Assembly (NCBI GenBank): GCA_964016885.1
Contig: OZ024747.1
Coordinates: 55,242,001 to 55,306,000, forward strand
Length of the DNA stretch: 64,000 nt
Source: Eledone cirrhosa
Taxonomy: Eukaryota
Direction: 5' to 3'
Positions 13,923 to 27,974 of this stretch are shown here, one piece after another; the first letter of the stretch is position 1; each line of letters opens with the position of its first letter. Below the pieces are notes generated by a model, which saw only the letters and a program-made list of their open reading frames with translations, was not told the DNA's origin and searched no databases. A program made the translations under genes and the position numbers.

Positions 13923-13992
<70 letters not shown>

Positions 13993-15374
13993 TGTGTGTG
14001 TGGATGCATGTATGTATGTATGAGATGACCCCTTAGCCTTTGTCAAGGCAGAATTCTAGGAGAAGGAAAACTCGGATATAACACCTGCAATGGTATCCAA
14101 TGATGTTGACTTGTTCTTCTTTTTGTTAACTATCATTTTGGTTAAGAGAGTGGGACTGGCTTTGTGCAGTGCCTTTGCTCACTATAAAAGCTTCACGGCA
14201 CAGGCATTGCTTTATATCTGGAGATCTCTCTACCCTTGTCGTCACATGGTACCATGGGCCCAGCACTATGTGTCAATAATTGTCACAAGTGTAGTGTTTG
14301 TACCAGAGTTTTCAAGTCGCTGGCTGGACTAAAAAGTCACACTCGTTCAGCGCATCGGTAGGAGTTCTCCTACATGGATATAAAGTAGTCGCCGTACTCG
14401 AAAACGATTTGGCAGCCACCATTTATATATCCACCATACATTACCCTGTATTAAGTTGTATATTTACGCACTAAATTATGACCTGAAAAGATTACATTAG
14501 TTCTCTATCTGGTAACGGATTATTTCAACTGAAACATGGATACGTGTCTTTGAAAGTTTATTACTCCATATACTCTTGGAAACCTATTTGTATCCAAATT
14601 TAAAGATTTTCATATTTCTTATAATGTAAATTTTGACCCTAGTTCTCCACGAACTGTAGATTAACCAAGGTATTATCCTGAACATGAATCTTACGATGAG
14701 GAAATTAGATTTTGTACATTATCATATTTTGATATGTTCATGTTGAAATATTTATAAAGGATATATAGCCTTATTTATGCTTCAGTATTAGGAAATATAC
14801 TGTTGTGCATAGAAACATCGGTATTATATTACTGTAATTGTCATTTTTTTCATCTTTGCTCTTTATACATTGAGAATACATTTAGGTACCTTTTATTAAT
14901 ACAGTATTCTTCATTGCACTTTGAATTCTAGCTCCTCGGAAGTCATATCCTTTTAATAATCTGCTCAATAATCTAGAATATGAAGGATTTAGAAACTTTG
15001 AATTTCACATTAATATAAACGACGGGAACAACTCGTTTTCTTTCACACATATCTTGCTGAAAATAAAACGAAATTATCTCTTCCCCATGATAATTTGTTG
15101 ATGAGTATACACTTAAGAAATCAGAATTCGTAGAGAATCCAATATATATTTGGAGTGGCAAATTCTAATAAGCGTTAAACATATGGTATGGTATGGACCT
15201 GTAACTCCTGAGGGAATCGTAGGGACGCCATATTGAAATACGGCGTTTCTAGGACATTTAAAAAAAAACCTGGTGGAGACCATCTTCACTCCAGGCTTGA
15301 ATAAATTATATTTCTTCCAGAGAATGATAAATAAAGTGAAAAAGTGAAAGAAAGGAAACGGTAAAGTGATATAG

Positions 15375-15545
15375 AGGATGAATCGACCCCAGTACTTGAC
15401 TGGTACTATTTTATCGACCTTGAATGGATGAAAAGCAAAGTTGACTTCTGCGGGATTTGAACTCAGAGAGCAGAGAGTCGAAATGTATGCTACAAAACAC
15501 TCTATTCTATCCGACATTCGAACGAATCTGCCAACGTGCCGCTTA
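15375..15545 (-). mobile_element. tRNA-derived SINE (octopus-type), diverged
   Basis: Reverse complement of ctgagttcaaatcccgc..ctttgcttttcatcc..gtcgataaaatagtaccag. Confidence 0.75.
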
Positions 15546-15599
15546 TTGGGGGTATAATACCATATGTTTATTTATTGCAATATTATGTATTACTATTTC

Positions 15600-15790
15600 A
15601 CTGGCAAGGATGGTGGGTGAGCTGAGTCGTTATATCGCAGAAGTAATGTGTAGCACTCATTTTACGTTACGAGGTCAACTCCGCCGGGGTCAGATTAGCC
15701 TTTTATGATTTGGGGGTCGATAAAATAAGTACCAGTCAAGTATTGGGCCTGAACTTTAATCAACTTTCCCCTATCCTTCCGCAAAAATTA
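15600..15790 (+). mobile_element. tRNA-derived SINE, diverged
   Basis: ggggtcgataaaataagtaccagtcaagtattggg core. Confidence 0.65.
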
Positions 15791-15809
15791 GGAACAACTA
15801 TTTCGGTGG

Positions 15810-15902
15810 CAATGGTGACTTTATGGTCGAATTGTTAAGAACTTTGCTTTGTGAAAATTCGGACCCGGATTCGATATCAATGTGTGGCAACTTGGGCAAG
15901 AA
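15810..15902 (+). mobile_element. Second SINE family 5' head (tRNA-like, then cttgggcaag), diverged
   Basis: B-box-like ggattcgatatc followed by gtggcaacttgggcaag; resembles 27700-27810. Confidence 0.45.
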
Positions 15903-16450
15903 TCAAGTGTGAAACATTCATTTTGAATGAAATGGTGTAGACAGAAGTTGGTAGGAAGTACATCTAATGGAATATACAAGTAATTCAAAGGGCTAACATT
16001 GACACTCTGTGGCACGTTATATTCTACAAAGAATTTCATTAAACATACACGTTAAGTTCACAACCAGGCTATCCCATTCATCGAATATATATAACACACA
16101 TCATTTAAATCCGACGAAAGCCCTTTCCATTCTATTCCGATGGCATGATTTTACAAGCTATGCCGTTTTCGATAAAGAGTGCAATGAAAAATTTCAATGT
16201 CGACCTTTGTAATGAACCTATTCATACACAAAGCTGTGAAAAATGTTTTAAAAGCAAATAGGATATCATGTTAGTACATTTTGTTTTGCCGTGACTAGGT
16301 TTCTGACAATGGGAATGATATGCCAAAAAACTATTCCAAAAGTGGCTCGATATGTTGTTTATATATTGAAGACATAAATGTCTTTGTATTGTTCAAAGTC
16401 TCGTTCTATAATGCATGAAAGTACATATATATACATATAGTATGTATACG

Positions 16451-16537
<87 letters not shown>

Positions 16538-17248
16538 GTGTGTGTGTGTTCCTTTAGAAATAGTTATTGCTTCTTGATATTAGTTATATATGGAGATGGT
16601 TTCTTGAAAGTCATGTCTAGTAGTGAATGACATTTAGAGGTTTGAATGCTATTATTCTTATTCATAATTTTTAAGTAGATGAGTCTCCACGAAGGCCAGA
16701 CCTGGGTTAACTCTTATCATATATGTTGTACATTTCATAATGCGAGACTGATGTTGTGTACCACATGTTCAGACGTACATACTTATACATATAAACGCAC
16801 ACAAATAAAGTTCCGATGATACACAAACGCAGATATAACAGGCACGTACAATTATTCATACCAATACACACATACCAACACACAGGCATCCACACAAACC
16901 CATATCTGTGCCTTTTGGCGTACATGGGTGTTTGTATGAGTGTGTTTGCATGCGTGTAAGGTAAAGAAGGAACCAAAAACAAAAATACCTAATATCATAA
17001 AGTAGAGTATGAATGGTATAATTTGGTGGGCTATCACCAACACGGGCGGTTACTGTCAGTTTATCTGTACGAATAGAACTGGATTTTCAGTTCTCCATAT
17101 TGGAGGCGAATATCTATTCCAATATGGCGAACTGAAGCCCATGACCATCAGCGTCAGCCAAAATACCAGGTTAAATAATGTTCATATATTATATATAAAT
17201 ATATAAAGAGAGAGAGAGAGAGACAGTGAGGAGGTAGAGAGAGGGGGG

Positions 17249-17403
17249 ATGTAAAATCACGATCGCGGCACCAAGCGGTTTCGGCTTGTCGAACACGAGC
17301 CGAAATCCCTAAACACCGTGGTCGGGATTTTACATATCTCTAAACCTACTCTGGATCTCCCCATGTATCTAGTACTCCCATGATTAGTGATCGCCCCGGT
17401 CTC
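17249..17403 (+). mobile_element. Fold-back + tail element, family B copy 1, between (GA)n and (CA)/(CT)n
   Basis: Hairpin atgtaaaatcacgatcgcgg..tttcggcttgt/acgagccgaaa..ccgtggtcgggattttacat; tail ...tactcccatgattagtgatc. Confidence 0.65.
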
Positions 17404-17469
17404 AGAAACACACACACATACTTTCTCTTTCTTTTTATCTCTCTCTCTCTCTCTGTTTCCCTCTCTCTC

Positions 17470-17506
<37 letters not shown>

Positions 17507-17515
17507 ATGTATATA

Positions 17516-18230
17516 GTTCGAGATAACCTCTACAGGCACGGAAGTGCTGTCAGACGGAACTGCCCCAGTTGTACGCAGAGCGATGAAACCGTTTTGCACG
17601 CACTCGTCCAATGTCCGTGCATTACTGATTTGTGGAGTTATGTCGAACAGTTGTTGTCACGTGTAGAATGGATACGGCCATCGGCCGAGTCCATAGTGAA
17701 GATCAACCCGCCGCCTTCAGGCCAGGAAAGGCAGGCAATTTTCCTATTTCTGGTGGCAGTTGCGAATGAGGTTTTATGGTGGACCAGGTTGAAAGAACTG
17801 AATACAGACAATTTTCTCTTCGGCCAATCCCTCATCAACTTTTTCAAATTTCACTTGGAAAGGAAGGTGAGGGTGAACAGAGAAGTTCTGCCCCCCAGCA
17901 CATTTGGTGAAAGGTAGATGAATGTGGCGAGAATGGCCCGTGTGTGTGGGCCTACTCTGACAATGTGCCTCTAGGATAGTTAATTTGAGGAGGAGAAGTG
18001 TCCCCTCCCCGGCTACCCTAGAAGTGTCGGTGGGGAGGGGGGTGGTTAGGATTGATGTGGTACCTGAGTTGCCCCTGGGTGGTTCACTCCCTATTGGGGT
18101 ATTTATTTTGTTATATTTATACATAGTTTATCTTTGTATTTTTTCAATTTTTAAATTGGTTTTGATATTGTACATTTTACTCAATGTTTTTGTAAAGCTC
18201 CACTGTCCATGTCTTTGTAATATTAAATAA
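17516..18230 (+). mobile_element. 3' fragment of the L1/Tx1-type LINE (C-terminal CCHC zinc finger and 3' UTR)
   Basis: VRDNLYRHGSAVRRNCPSCTQSDETVLHALVQC aligns with 59262-59700. Confidence 0.9.
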
Positions 18231-18491
18231 AATTGTGGCTATTACATAAAATCACTATTATATAATTTTACATTCTGCTTAGTACTACACCTCTATACTT
18301 ACTGGAAACTACGCATCGACCGTCGTGAACCTACCGTAACTGGACGTTACAACCTCTATATATAAAGATATATGTATACACACACACATAGATATATATA
18401 TATATACATATATATATATACATATATATACATATATATATATACATATATATATACATATATATATACATGTATATATACATATAAATAA

Positions 18492-18558
<67 letters not shown>

Positions 18559-19519
18559 TATATAAACGTGTGTGTGTGAGTAAATGTTTGAAATGTTTAA
18601 AAGTTCGATAAAATACATAAACGTAACATCAAATAATAAAAGACCATAAATATATAGACGTTACAATTGTGTGGTTTTTAAATGATTGTAGCTTAACAGG
18701 TGTATAATCAAATTTAATGTGTAAACCATGTAGATTTGTAAAAAAAAAATGGCTCTTTATATGTCTGTATATTCATAATTTCATTTTGTAATATATGTGC
18801 TTGGTTTTTATATTGCATTATTTCTGTATCAATGTCTTCACAATATAATATAATAATTCCATATGCGTTCTTGTTCATTATTCATGTTCATACATCTATT
18901 GTGTAATAACCTTCCTACAAACTTCATAATTCTAAATTTTATGTATTTATGCATACAGAAATTTTACGAAAATTTTCTACCTTATATGAAACTTCCAAAT
19001 AATTCTCGAAATATATTTCTCTTTTTTTATTGTTTATAATTTAATGTATTTATAATGTGATTAAACATTGAAGTACTTTTATATTCACTTATTTAAATTC
19101 TGATATGTTCCTGAATGTGTCAAGTGATATTTCTATTCATATATTCTTCCACATATTATTCCGTTACTTTTATTGGTATCAATGGATTGTAGTTATGTTG
19201 TTGTTATATATCTATAAAGTACCAGTAATGCACTGGGTAATTGCTGGCCTTGTGCCTAAAGTAGAAACATTTATATAACTAATAGTATTACAATCACACA
19301 TTACCTAACATTCTACACATGGCTGCACCTTTTGGTGCATGACAAGCTTATTGGGATCGTGGAAACTGTTATAACAGTCTGTGTAGTGTGCCACCTTATA
19401 CTCACAAAGTCGTCTTCCTTACCGATTAACGATACGTACACTCTGGCTAGCTCTGTTCATCAAGTGAGTGAGGAAACGGACGAGGCTATGTCCGTTCTAT
19501 TCGACTTGCTTCGTCTCCT

Positions 19520-19589
<70 letters not shown>

Positions 19590-19592
19590 ACA

Positions 19593-20361
19593 CAAGCTTA
19601 AGCTTATAGATATTATGTACTTGTCTCTTCCTATCTTTCCGTTGCAATACCATCTTTGTTTGTTTACATGTCTCGCTCGCTTCACCCTATTTTACTTGTC
19701 CCAATAACTCTATTTAGTTATTGCTCGCACCAACCAGAGGTATATGATTTTTAAAGCGATAAAATACCAATGAAGGTTGGAAGATCACTGATGAAGGACT
19801 AATTTTATTCATATGTAACCCATGTGCAAACACGCAGCACTCCATTTTTAAATATTTATATGTTTTCCTCAGCTGCGACCTGTCGGTTTCTTTCTTACTG
19901 CTTCCCCTCTCTCAGTATCTCTCACCTTCTTTTTACACCCTCTGCCAGTCACACTCTCTCTCCACTGGCCTCTACCTCACACTTCCACTCACTCACTCTC
20001 TGCTTCTCTCCTCTCTCACTCCCTCCCGTTTGACCTGTGTGAAACCTTTTCTCGCTCACATCTCACCCAGGTCGGATGGTCTGTATCTCTCGTCTATGAT
20101 TTCACCAAGCTTAAGCTTATAGATATCATCTACTTGTCTCTTCCTATCTTTCTGTTGCAATACCATCTTTGTTTGTTTACATGTCTCGCTCGCTTCACCC
20201 TATTATACTTGTCCCAATAACTTTATTTGTTATTACTCGCACCAACTAGAGGTATATGATTTTTAAAGCGATGAAATACCAATGAAGTTTGGAAGATCAC
20301 TGATGAAGGACTAATTTTATTCATATGTAACCCATGTGCAACCACGCAGCACTCCATTTTT
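19593..20361 (+). mobile_element. Element with ~256-bp direct terminal repeats (19593-19849 and 20106-20361) and a pyrimidine-rich spacer; pseudo-LTR/retrozyme-like layout
   Basis: Both repeats start caagcttaagcttatagata and end cacgcagcactccatttt; each has CTGATGA (19788, 20300); flanked by (CA)n and (TA)n. Confidence 0.6.
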
Positions 20362-20528
<167 letters not shown>

Positions 20529-20585
20529 ATTTGTTTCGTATCAACAGCATCATCATAAGTAGAAAAAATAATATTAACACTAAAT

Positions 20586-20668
20586 AATTGTTTCTACAAG
20601 GCCAGCAATTAACCAATGCATTACTGGTACTTTATTCTATCGACCCCGGAAGGATGAAAGGCAAAGTT
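20586..20668 (-). mobile_element. SINE 3' fragment
   Basis: aaggccagcaattaaccaatgcattactggtactttattctatcgacccc. Confidence 0.75.
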
Positions 20669-20774
20669 AAAACACTAAAGAATGTTAAGCCATACTATAT
20701 AATTCTAAAATCTTTAGCTTAAAATGTCTAATCATATATCAACATTACACAAACACACACTTATATATATATAT

Positions 20775-20895
<121 letters not shown>

Positions 20896-20947
20896 TATAT
20901 ATATATATTTATATATATATATTTATATATATATATTTATATATATA

Positions 20948-21075
<128 letters not shown>

Positions 21076-21154
21076 TATATATATATATTTATATATATAT
21101 ATTTATATATATATAGTTATATATATATATGTATATATATATATCGAACAATAC

Positions 21155-21333
21155 CATCCGGCAGGAGACCCAGGGGTAGACTCCGAATAAGAAGGTTTCC
21201 CAATATACATGAGCTTGGTGGGTCTTGCTTGGGGAACAAGCCGGATCCTTTGTAGACGGATGCCTCTGACAAAACCCGCTGGAAGTAGTGTTTGAGGACT
21301 CTGCCCCACGACCCTCTGTGGGCGAATAATGAT

Positions 21334-21340
<7 letters not shown>
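21155..21340 (+). mobile_element. RTE-clade LINE 3' end inside (TA)n
   Basis: ccggcaggagacccaggggtagac...catgagcttgg..ctgccccacgaccc plus TAA-like tail; similar to 4229-4310. Confidence 0.6.
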
Positions 21341-21411
<71 letters not shown>

Positions 21412-21773
21412 TACAAATAAAGTAACAAAGAATCAGTGTTGTATCATAACATATTTAATAATTTAATAAACTATTGCATATGTTTCACTGTCGATCAGCT
21501 CGAGGTACCATCTATTATTGATCGAACCTGGCTCTAGAATCGAAAGGTCCTCAGATATTCCTCAATATGTGATCTCGTCTTATATAGAGGATATATCATA
21601 CACGTTTGCGAGTATGTGTGTTTGTCATCTACGTTTTAACTTACAATCCCTGTTATATCTGTTATTAATAGTCTAATACTCTTAGTATTTTAGCATTTTT
21701 TTTTTTGCTTCCTGATCTATCGTATCGGCATTCAGAAATATTCTTGAAAATCAATAAACTGACTGTACATGTG

Positions 21774-21833
<60 letters not shown>

Positions 21834-21900
21834 GATAGATAAACAGATAGATAGATATATGTGTGTGTGTGTGTGTGTCTATAAATATATATATATATAT

Positions 21901-22025
<125 letters not shown>

Positions 22026-22649
22026 TATATACATGAATATATGTGCTTTATTTCTATATGTGTACTTACTTACATATATACATACATCCATAGATGCGTA
22101 CATACATATATATATTTATTCACTCATACATACATACATACAGAAATACATAGATATGTATGTAAGTATATATACATATACCTATACATATACATATATA
22201 ATTCTGATATACGTACTCATAAATTACAAACAGTGAATCATAGTAAAAAAAAATTAAAAAGAAATATAAAAAAAAACATATATGCTACACATTTATAGAT
22301 GATGGACGATTCTTAACGGGTAAAGCGAACAAAAAGACAACAAAAAAATAACAGATGCTAATATGTGAATCACGTATTGTTGGCATAGAAGGAAATTTTG
22401 TATAATTTCGCTACACTTCAATATCGAACGCTACAATTGCCACTCTATCGTCAATGACGCAGGTGAAAAATAAGAATATTAGTTCGTGAGATAAAAGGAC
22501 GTAGATGTGTAGTATGGTAGTGGGGTGGGGTAGATAGAGAGGGTAAGGAATGAGGGTTGGATGGATGGGTGCTAGAGCTAAAATTGCCGTCCCGATAATA
22601 AATAAATATTGACCATTTCTTTCATTACAAATGCTGCTGCTACTGCCAA

Positions 22650-22705
<56 letters not shown>

Positions 22706-22770
22706 GCACAACTACTGCTACTATTACTACTACTACTACTACTACCACCACCACCACAAATACTACCGCC
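22650..22770. repeat. (TAC)n/(CAC)n microsatellite
   Basis: Directly visible. Confidence 0.95.
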
Positions 22771-22947
22771 ACCAATACATGCACAAATACATATAAATAT
22801 AAACACATATATGCACGCACACATATACATAAACACAGAGATAAACACACACACACACAGACAAACACACAGACAAACACACACTCACACACATATATGC
22901 GCACATTGCAAACACAAACACATCCATATACGCACTCACAAACAGAT

Positions 22948-22979
<32 letters not shown>

Positions 22980-23027
22980 ACATGCAAACAGAAACACACG
23001 CAAACACACATTATTAAGGTTCTTGTC

Positions 23028-23212
23028 GGTGGATTGGCAGTATCGGTAGAGGGTCGGACGCCATGCTTTGCAGCAAAGAGTTACGGCCCTTTATGATCTG
23101 AGTTCAAATTCCGCCAAGGTTAACTTTGCCTTTCATCCTTACGGGGGTCGATAAAATAAAGTACCAGTAATGTACTGGGTAATTGCTGGCCTTGTGCCAA
23201 AAGTAGAAACAA
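23028..23212 (+). mobile_element. Full-length tRNA-derived SINE with 18-bp target-site duplication
   Basis: A-box tggcagtatcgg, B-box gagttcaaattcc; TSD attattaaggttcttgtc (23010-23027) and attattaaggtccttgtc (23212-23229). Confidence 0.9.
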
Positions 23213-23425
23213 TTATTAAGGTCCTTGTCAGAATACTTTGAAATTCTGGCTATGTCTCGACTTCTCACAATCTTTGCACTTTAATGTGAATAACACATGG
23301 GAGACTACTCGCAATACTATTCAAGACAAACAATTTCAACAGCGAAGAACCATGTGGTGACAATGAAAAATGTTTATTGGTGTGTCTAAGCTACAAAGAC
23401 CAATAATAGGAATGAACTACTACCT

Positions 23426-23640
23426 TCATACGGACAACTGACGCTGCACACCAGGTCCGAACAGGGAAGAACCGAGCTGCCACTCTCGTCGCCTCCATCT
23501 CTCTGTATTATGTGCAAATGGGGCCCCACCTGCTAGCCACCCCACAGCCTCGCTTGACAGAATGGTGAACGCCTTTCCCCGGAGGATGGTAAGGGAGATG
23601 CGCTGGAATAGCCATTCCATCTCGCCAGGCTCACACCTGC
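23426..23640 (-). mobile_element. CRE-like non-LTR retrotransposon 3' fragment
   Basis: EPGEMEWLFQRISLTILRGKAFTIL resembles the CRE C-terminal motif FLFQRLSVAIQRGNAxxIL. Confidence 0.55.
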
Positions 23641-23845
23641 GGCTCTCAACACAAAACAGGAATTAACAGAATTGTTAGTAGATCGGATAAAATATTTTGC
23701 AGCGATCAACTTTGCATTATATACTTCCCAGGTCCATGAAATAAAACTATACTGATGTCAATTCTTCTCTATATTTCTTTCTAACTTCCTATCACACACA
23801 CACTCACACACACTCACACACACACACACACACACGCACACAAAC

Positions 23846-23932
<87 letters not shown>

Positions 23933-24629
23933 AGATCAATAGAGAAACAACACTATGCGCGAAAAGCAAGATGTATCCTAGAACTGTTATTGTACGGAAT
24001 TTGGTCCATGCTAATTGACTATCACTGGGTCAAGGAAAAATAAAAGAGACGATCATTAGTTAGGACAAAAGAAACAATGCATTCACTGTTGATACTCTAT
24101 GTCTCTTTTAAATAGCGACAGAAGAAGCAACGTCAAATAAGTTAATGTTGCTGAAGAACACAACCCATTCGTAAGAGGAGACCAACGATTTTATGATTAG
24201 ATGTAGACTGTACAGCTAATCCTACTAATAATGTATTTCTTAATCTGGTGCTTTTTGTTTTCTATGTTTTCTTTTTTAAGTGGGGGCACCAAAAGCTAAA
24301 TTTGTTTAATTTTGGTTAGGTGCAAATTTTTTTTTTTTTTTTTCAAATCGAAGATTGACATGAAATAAGAAGTTTTACGGAAACACTGTACTAATCTAGA
24401 TATGCTAGGTGCTGTAGTTTGCTTTCAGCATTGTGGAATATGAGATACAAATACCACTAAGAGAACAGCTTGGTTATTTGTTAAAACTTCCAAAGTAATA
24501 AGAAAATAGGAGGATGAATGTGGTAGTACTAAAATGTATATCTGGTGAAAAGTGCTGAATGGATTCCATTCACATGGAATACCAAATACAGAAACCAACA
24601 CCACCACAAAAAAAAATGATGATGATGAT

Positions 24630-25440
24630 AATTCGATTAAATCAATCTCATTGCTTGACTAGCATTTTATTTTATTACCCCCTTGAGGAATTGTTTTCAG
24701 TGGGTTTGAACTCAGAGCGTGTATGGCCGTAAGAGAACGCTACGAGGCAATTTGTTTGACTCTCTCACGATAAGGCCAATCCGTCATTCCTGGTCAGTAT
24801 GGTAGAAATAATTGTTTCTTATAAGGCCAGCAATTTTGGCGGAGGGGAAAGTCTATTAAATCGACCCCAGTGCGTGACTGGTACTTTATTTTATCGACCC
24901 CGTAAGGATGAAAGGCAAAGTTAACCTCGGCGGGATTTGAACTCAGATCTTAAAGGAGCGTAACTCTATGCTGCAAAGCATGGCGTCTGGCCCTCTACCG
25001 ACACTGCCAATCCACCAATGATCCCTAATATAGGCCAGCAATTTTTGGTGGAGGGGAAAGTCGATTAAGTCGACCCCAGTGTGTAATTGATACCTTATAT
25101 TATCGACCCTGTAAGGATGAAATGCAAATCTCACCTCGGTGGGATTTGATCTTAGAACGTAAAGAACCGTAATACTACGACGTAAAGTATATTATCCGTC
25201 GCTGTACAGATACTGCCATTCCACCGCCTTTATAATAATAATGAGGGGTTCTGATTTAAGAACTAGGCCAGCAATTTACGGGGATGGGGATAGTTGATTA
25301 AATTGACCACAGTACATACAATGTCCTTTGTTCTATCGGAACCAGAAGGATACAAGCAACGTAGACCATGACGAGATTTGAAATGAGGGCGTAGAAGATT
25401 GTTACTAAATGCTGTAAGGCATTTCATCCGGCACGCTAAG
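24630..25440 (-). mobile_element. Cluster of four co-oriented SINE copies of different ages (~24630-24790, 24820-25016, 25030-25230, 25260-25440)
   Basis: Repeated aggccagcaatttt..tcgaccccag..tatcgaccc..aaggatgaaa..ggatttgaactcaga modules. Confidence 0.8.
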
Positions 25441-25448
25441 GAATCTGA

Positions 25449-25504
25449 CGAAGAAGAAGAAGAAGAAGAAGAAGAAGAAGAAGAAGAAGAAGAAGAAGAA
25501 GAAG

Positions 25505-25554
<50 letters not shown>

Positions 25555-25607
25555 CCACAACGACAACAACAACAACAACCACAACAACAACGACGACGAT
25601 GACGATG
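25449..25607. repeat. (GAA)n-(CAA)n-(CGA)n compound microsatellite
   Basis: Directly visible. Confidence 0.95.
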
Positions 25608-26242
25608 AGAGCATCAACAACAACAGACAACAACAACTATTAAGAGTGTTTTGGTTGTGGCAATTGTTGTTTTTCGATTTGCAGAGGAACCTTCAAAAAA
25701 CGCTTCAACTAGTTTTGAACTTATGAACTTTGTGTTGTTCATTTTATATCTGTGTTGTATTATGCATTTTATTACGAAGGAGTATACATTTTATTCTCTA
25801 TATTTACGTATGTATGTATGGATTGATATATGTATGTATACGCATTCATTTCTACATGTCTGTGCGTATATCTATCTATATATCCGTAACTATTTCATCT
25901 TACTTTTCCCTAAGCTAAGTGCTTTAATTGAATAGTAGAGAAGGCCATTTTCTGTGAAGAAAATAGACTTCCACAATAAGAAATAAGTTTGAGATGATAG
26001 CATTGATCAAATTGTATTTTTTTCAAAAAAATAAGTAGGTTTTATTTCAAGCTGCTTGTGTCAACAGTATTTGTCATATAACTCATCGAAATCAAATAAA
26101 TATTTCTTTTCTTTTTATTTCACTAAAACCATAAAAAGAAATATATAAAATATGTAAATAAAAATAGATAATTAAATAAAAGAATAACATATTAAGGAAT
26201 ATATAGGAGTAGAAATGTAGTCTTCATATTGACTTAGAAATG

Positions 26243-26309
<67 letters not shown>

Positions 26310-26664
26310 GAATATATATTGTTATTAATATTGATATATAGATATAAAGATATAGATATATAAATATATATACTTGTTCTTTGTCGATAGGAAAGCTTTT
26401 CAATTGAGATTTTTACCAATTTTCATACCGATAACAAATTTCTTCTTTTTTTCATCTAAAACCCACGTCGTCTTAAGGAATAATCCATTAAACATATCAC
26501 TATAGAGATAGATGAATGATGTTACCCCTGTAAGGATTCATTCATTATTAATGATATACTATTAGTTATTCTTATTCTTATTAATATTATTATTGTTATA
26601 GATATTTTATCATCAATATCATCAGCATTATCATTATCAGTTTATTTCCATATTGTTATCATTA

Positions 26665-27062
26665 TACACATACACACACACACACACGTATACATATATA
26701 TATATATATATACACACACATACAAACACACGCACACACATACAAACACACGCACACACACACATATATATATATATAAGTGTGTGTGTGCGCGCAATTG
26801 TGTGCAAGTATGTATGTGTGTGTGTGTGATTGTATGTGTATATGTGTGTATGTGTATATGTATATATATATATATACATATATAAATATATACTTGCATA
26901 GATACATATATATATATATGTATATATATATACATATACACATACACACATATACACATACAATCACACACACACACACATATATAAATATATACATGCA
27001 TAGATACATTTATATATGTATATATATATACATATACACATACACACATATACACATACAAT

Positions 27063-27098
<36 letters not shown>

Positions 27099-27230
27099 AG
27101 TGTGTATGTGCGCGCATTTGTGTGCAAGTATGTATGTGTGTGTGATTGTATGTGTATATGTGTATATGTGTATATGTATATATATATATATACATATATA
27201 AATATATACATGCATAGATACATATATATG
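26665..27230. repeat. Tandemly duplicated compound CA/TA module
   Basis: Blocks tgtgcaagtatgtatgtgtg and catatacacatacaatcacacac each occur twice. Confidence 0.8.
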
Positions 27231-27336
27231 TGTGTGCGTGTTTGTGTGAGTGTATGTGTCTGTGCGTAGTATCACAATTACATTTCTATATACAGATGTC
27301 AATAATGTTGTCATTATATAATTTTATTTGTAAAAG

Positions 27337-27521
27337 GGCGGTGGATTGGCAGTATCGTTAGAGCGTCGGACGCCATGCTTTACAGCATAGTTACGTCCCT
27401 TAACGATCTGAGTTCAAATCCCGCCGAGGTTGAATTTGCCTTTCATCCTTACGGAGTCGATAAAATAAAGTACCAGTAATGCACTGGCTAACTGCTGGCC
27501 TTGTGCATCAAGTAGAAACAA
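27337..27521 (+). mobile_element. Full-length SINE with target-site duplication
   Basis: ggcggtggattggcagtatcg...gagttcaaatcccgcc...agtagaaaca; attatataattttattt on both sides. Confidence 0.9.
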
Positions 27522-27699
27522 TTATATAATTTTATTTTGATAATGTAAATGAAAACAAAAATGGACATGGAAAAATATATTGCAATAAAAAGCCAAATGT
27601 CTATGAATATATATATATATATATATATATATAAGTATATATATATATATATATATATATATGCATGTGTGTATGTAAATATATATATATATTTACATA

Positions 27700-27830
27700 C
27701 GTGGCTGAGTGGTAAGAGAATTGAACTCTCAATCGTCAGATTGTGAGTTCAATTCCTGGACCGGGCGATTGCGTTATTTCCTTGGGCAAGACACTTTATT
27801 TCAAGTTGCTCCTTCTACCTGGTGTTGCGA
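27700..27830 (+). mobile_element. Second tRNA-derived SINE family (5' part)
   Basis: A-box gtggctgagtggt, B-box gagttcaattcc, then ccttgggcaagacactt. Confidence 0.7.
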
Positions 27831-27908
27831 CCGATAGATAGCATTAGCAATTGGAAAGACCAATGGAAACATTGTTTCCTCGGTCCGATTTGACGAAAGT
27901 CAATCGAC

Positions 27909-27974
<66 letters not shown>

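Larger units (their letters stand above)
12601..13927. mobile_element. Non-autonomous Penelope-like element with ~280-bp inverted pseudo-LTRs, each containing a hammerhead, inserted in (TA)n
   Basis: 12699-12979 is the reverse complement of 13646-13927 with few mismatches; only the left arm has a ~95-nt extension (12601-12698); both ends abut (TA)n. Confidence 0.75.

Noticed and set aside
14480-15160. Protein-like minus-strand stretches (also 18800-19020, 36490-36602, 41600-41910), possibly decayed exons
   Set aside because: Multiple stops or weak splice sites and no family I can identify; needs BLASTx or RNA-seq
23028-23212. tRNA genes suggested by A- and B-boxes
   Set aside because: No cloverleaf; the boxes belong to multi-copy SINE heads with TSDs
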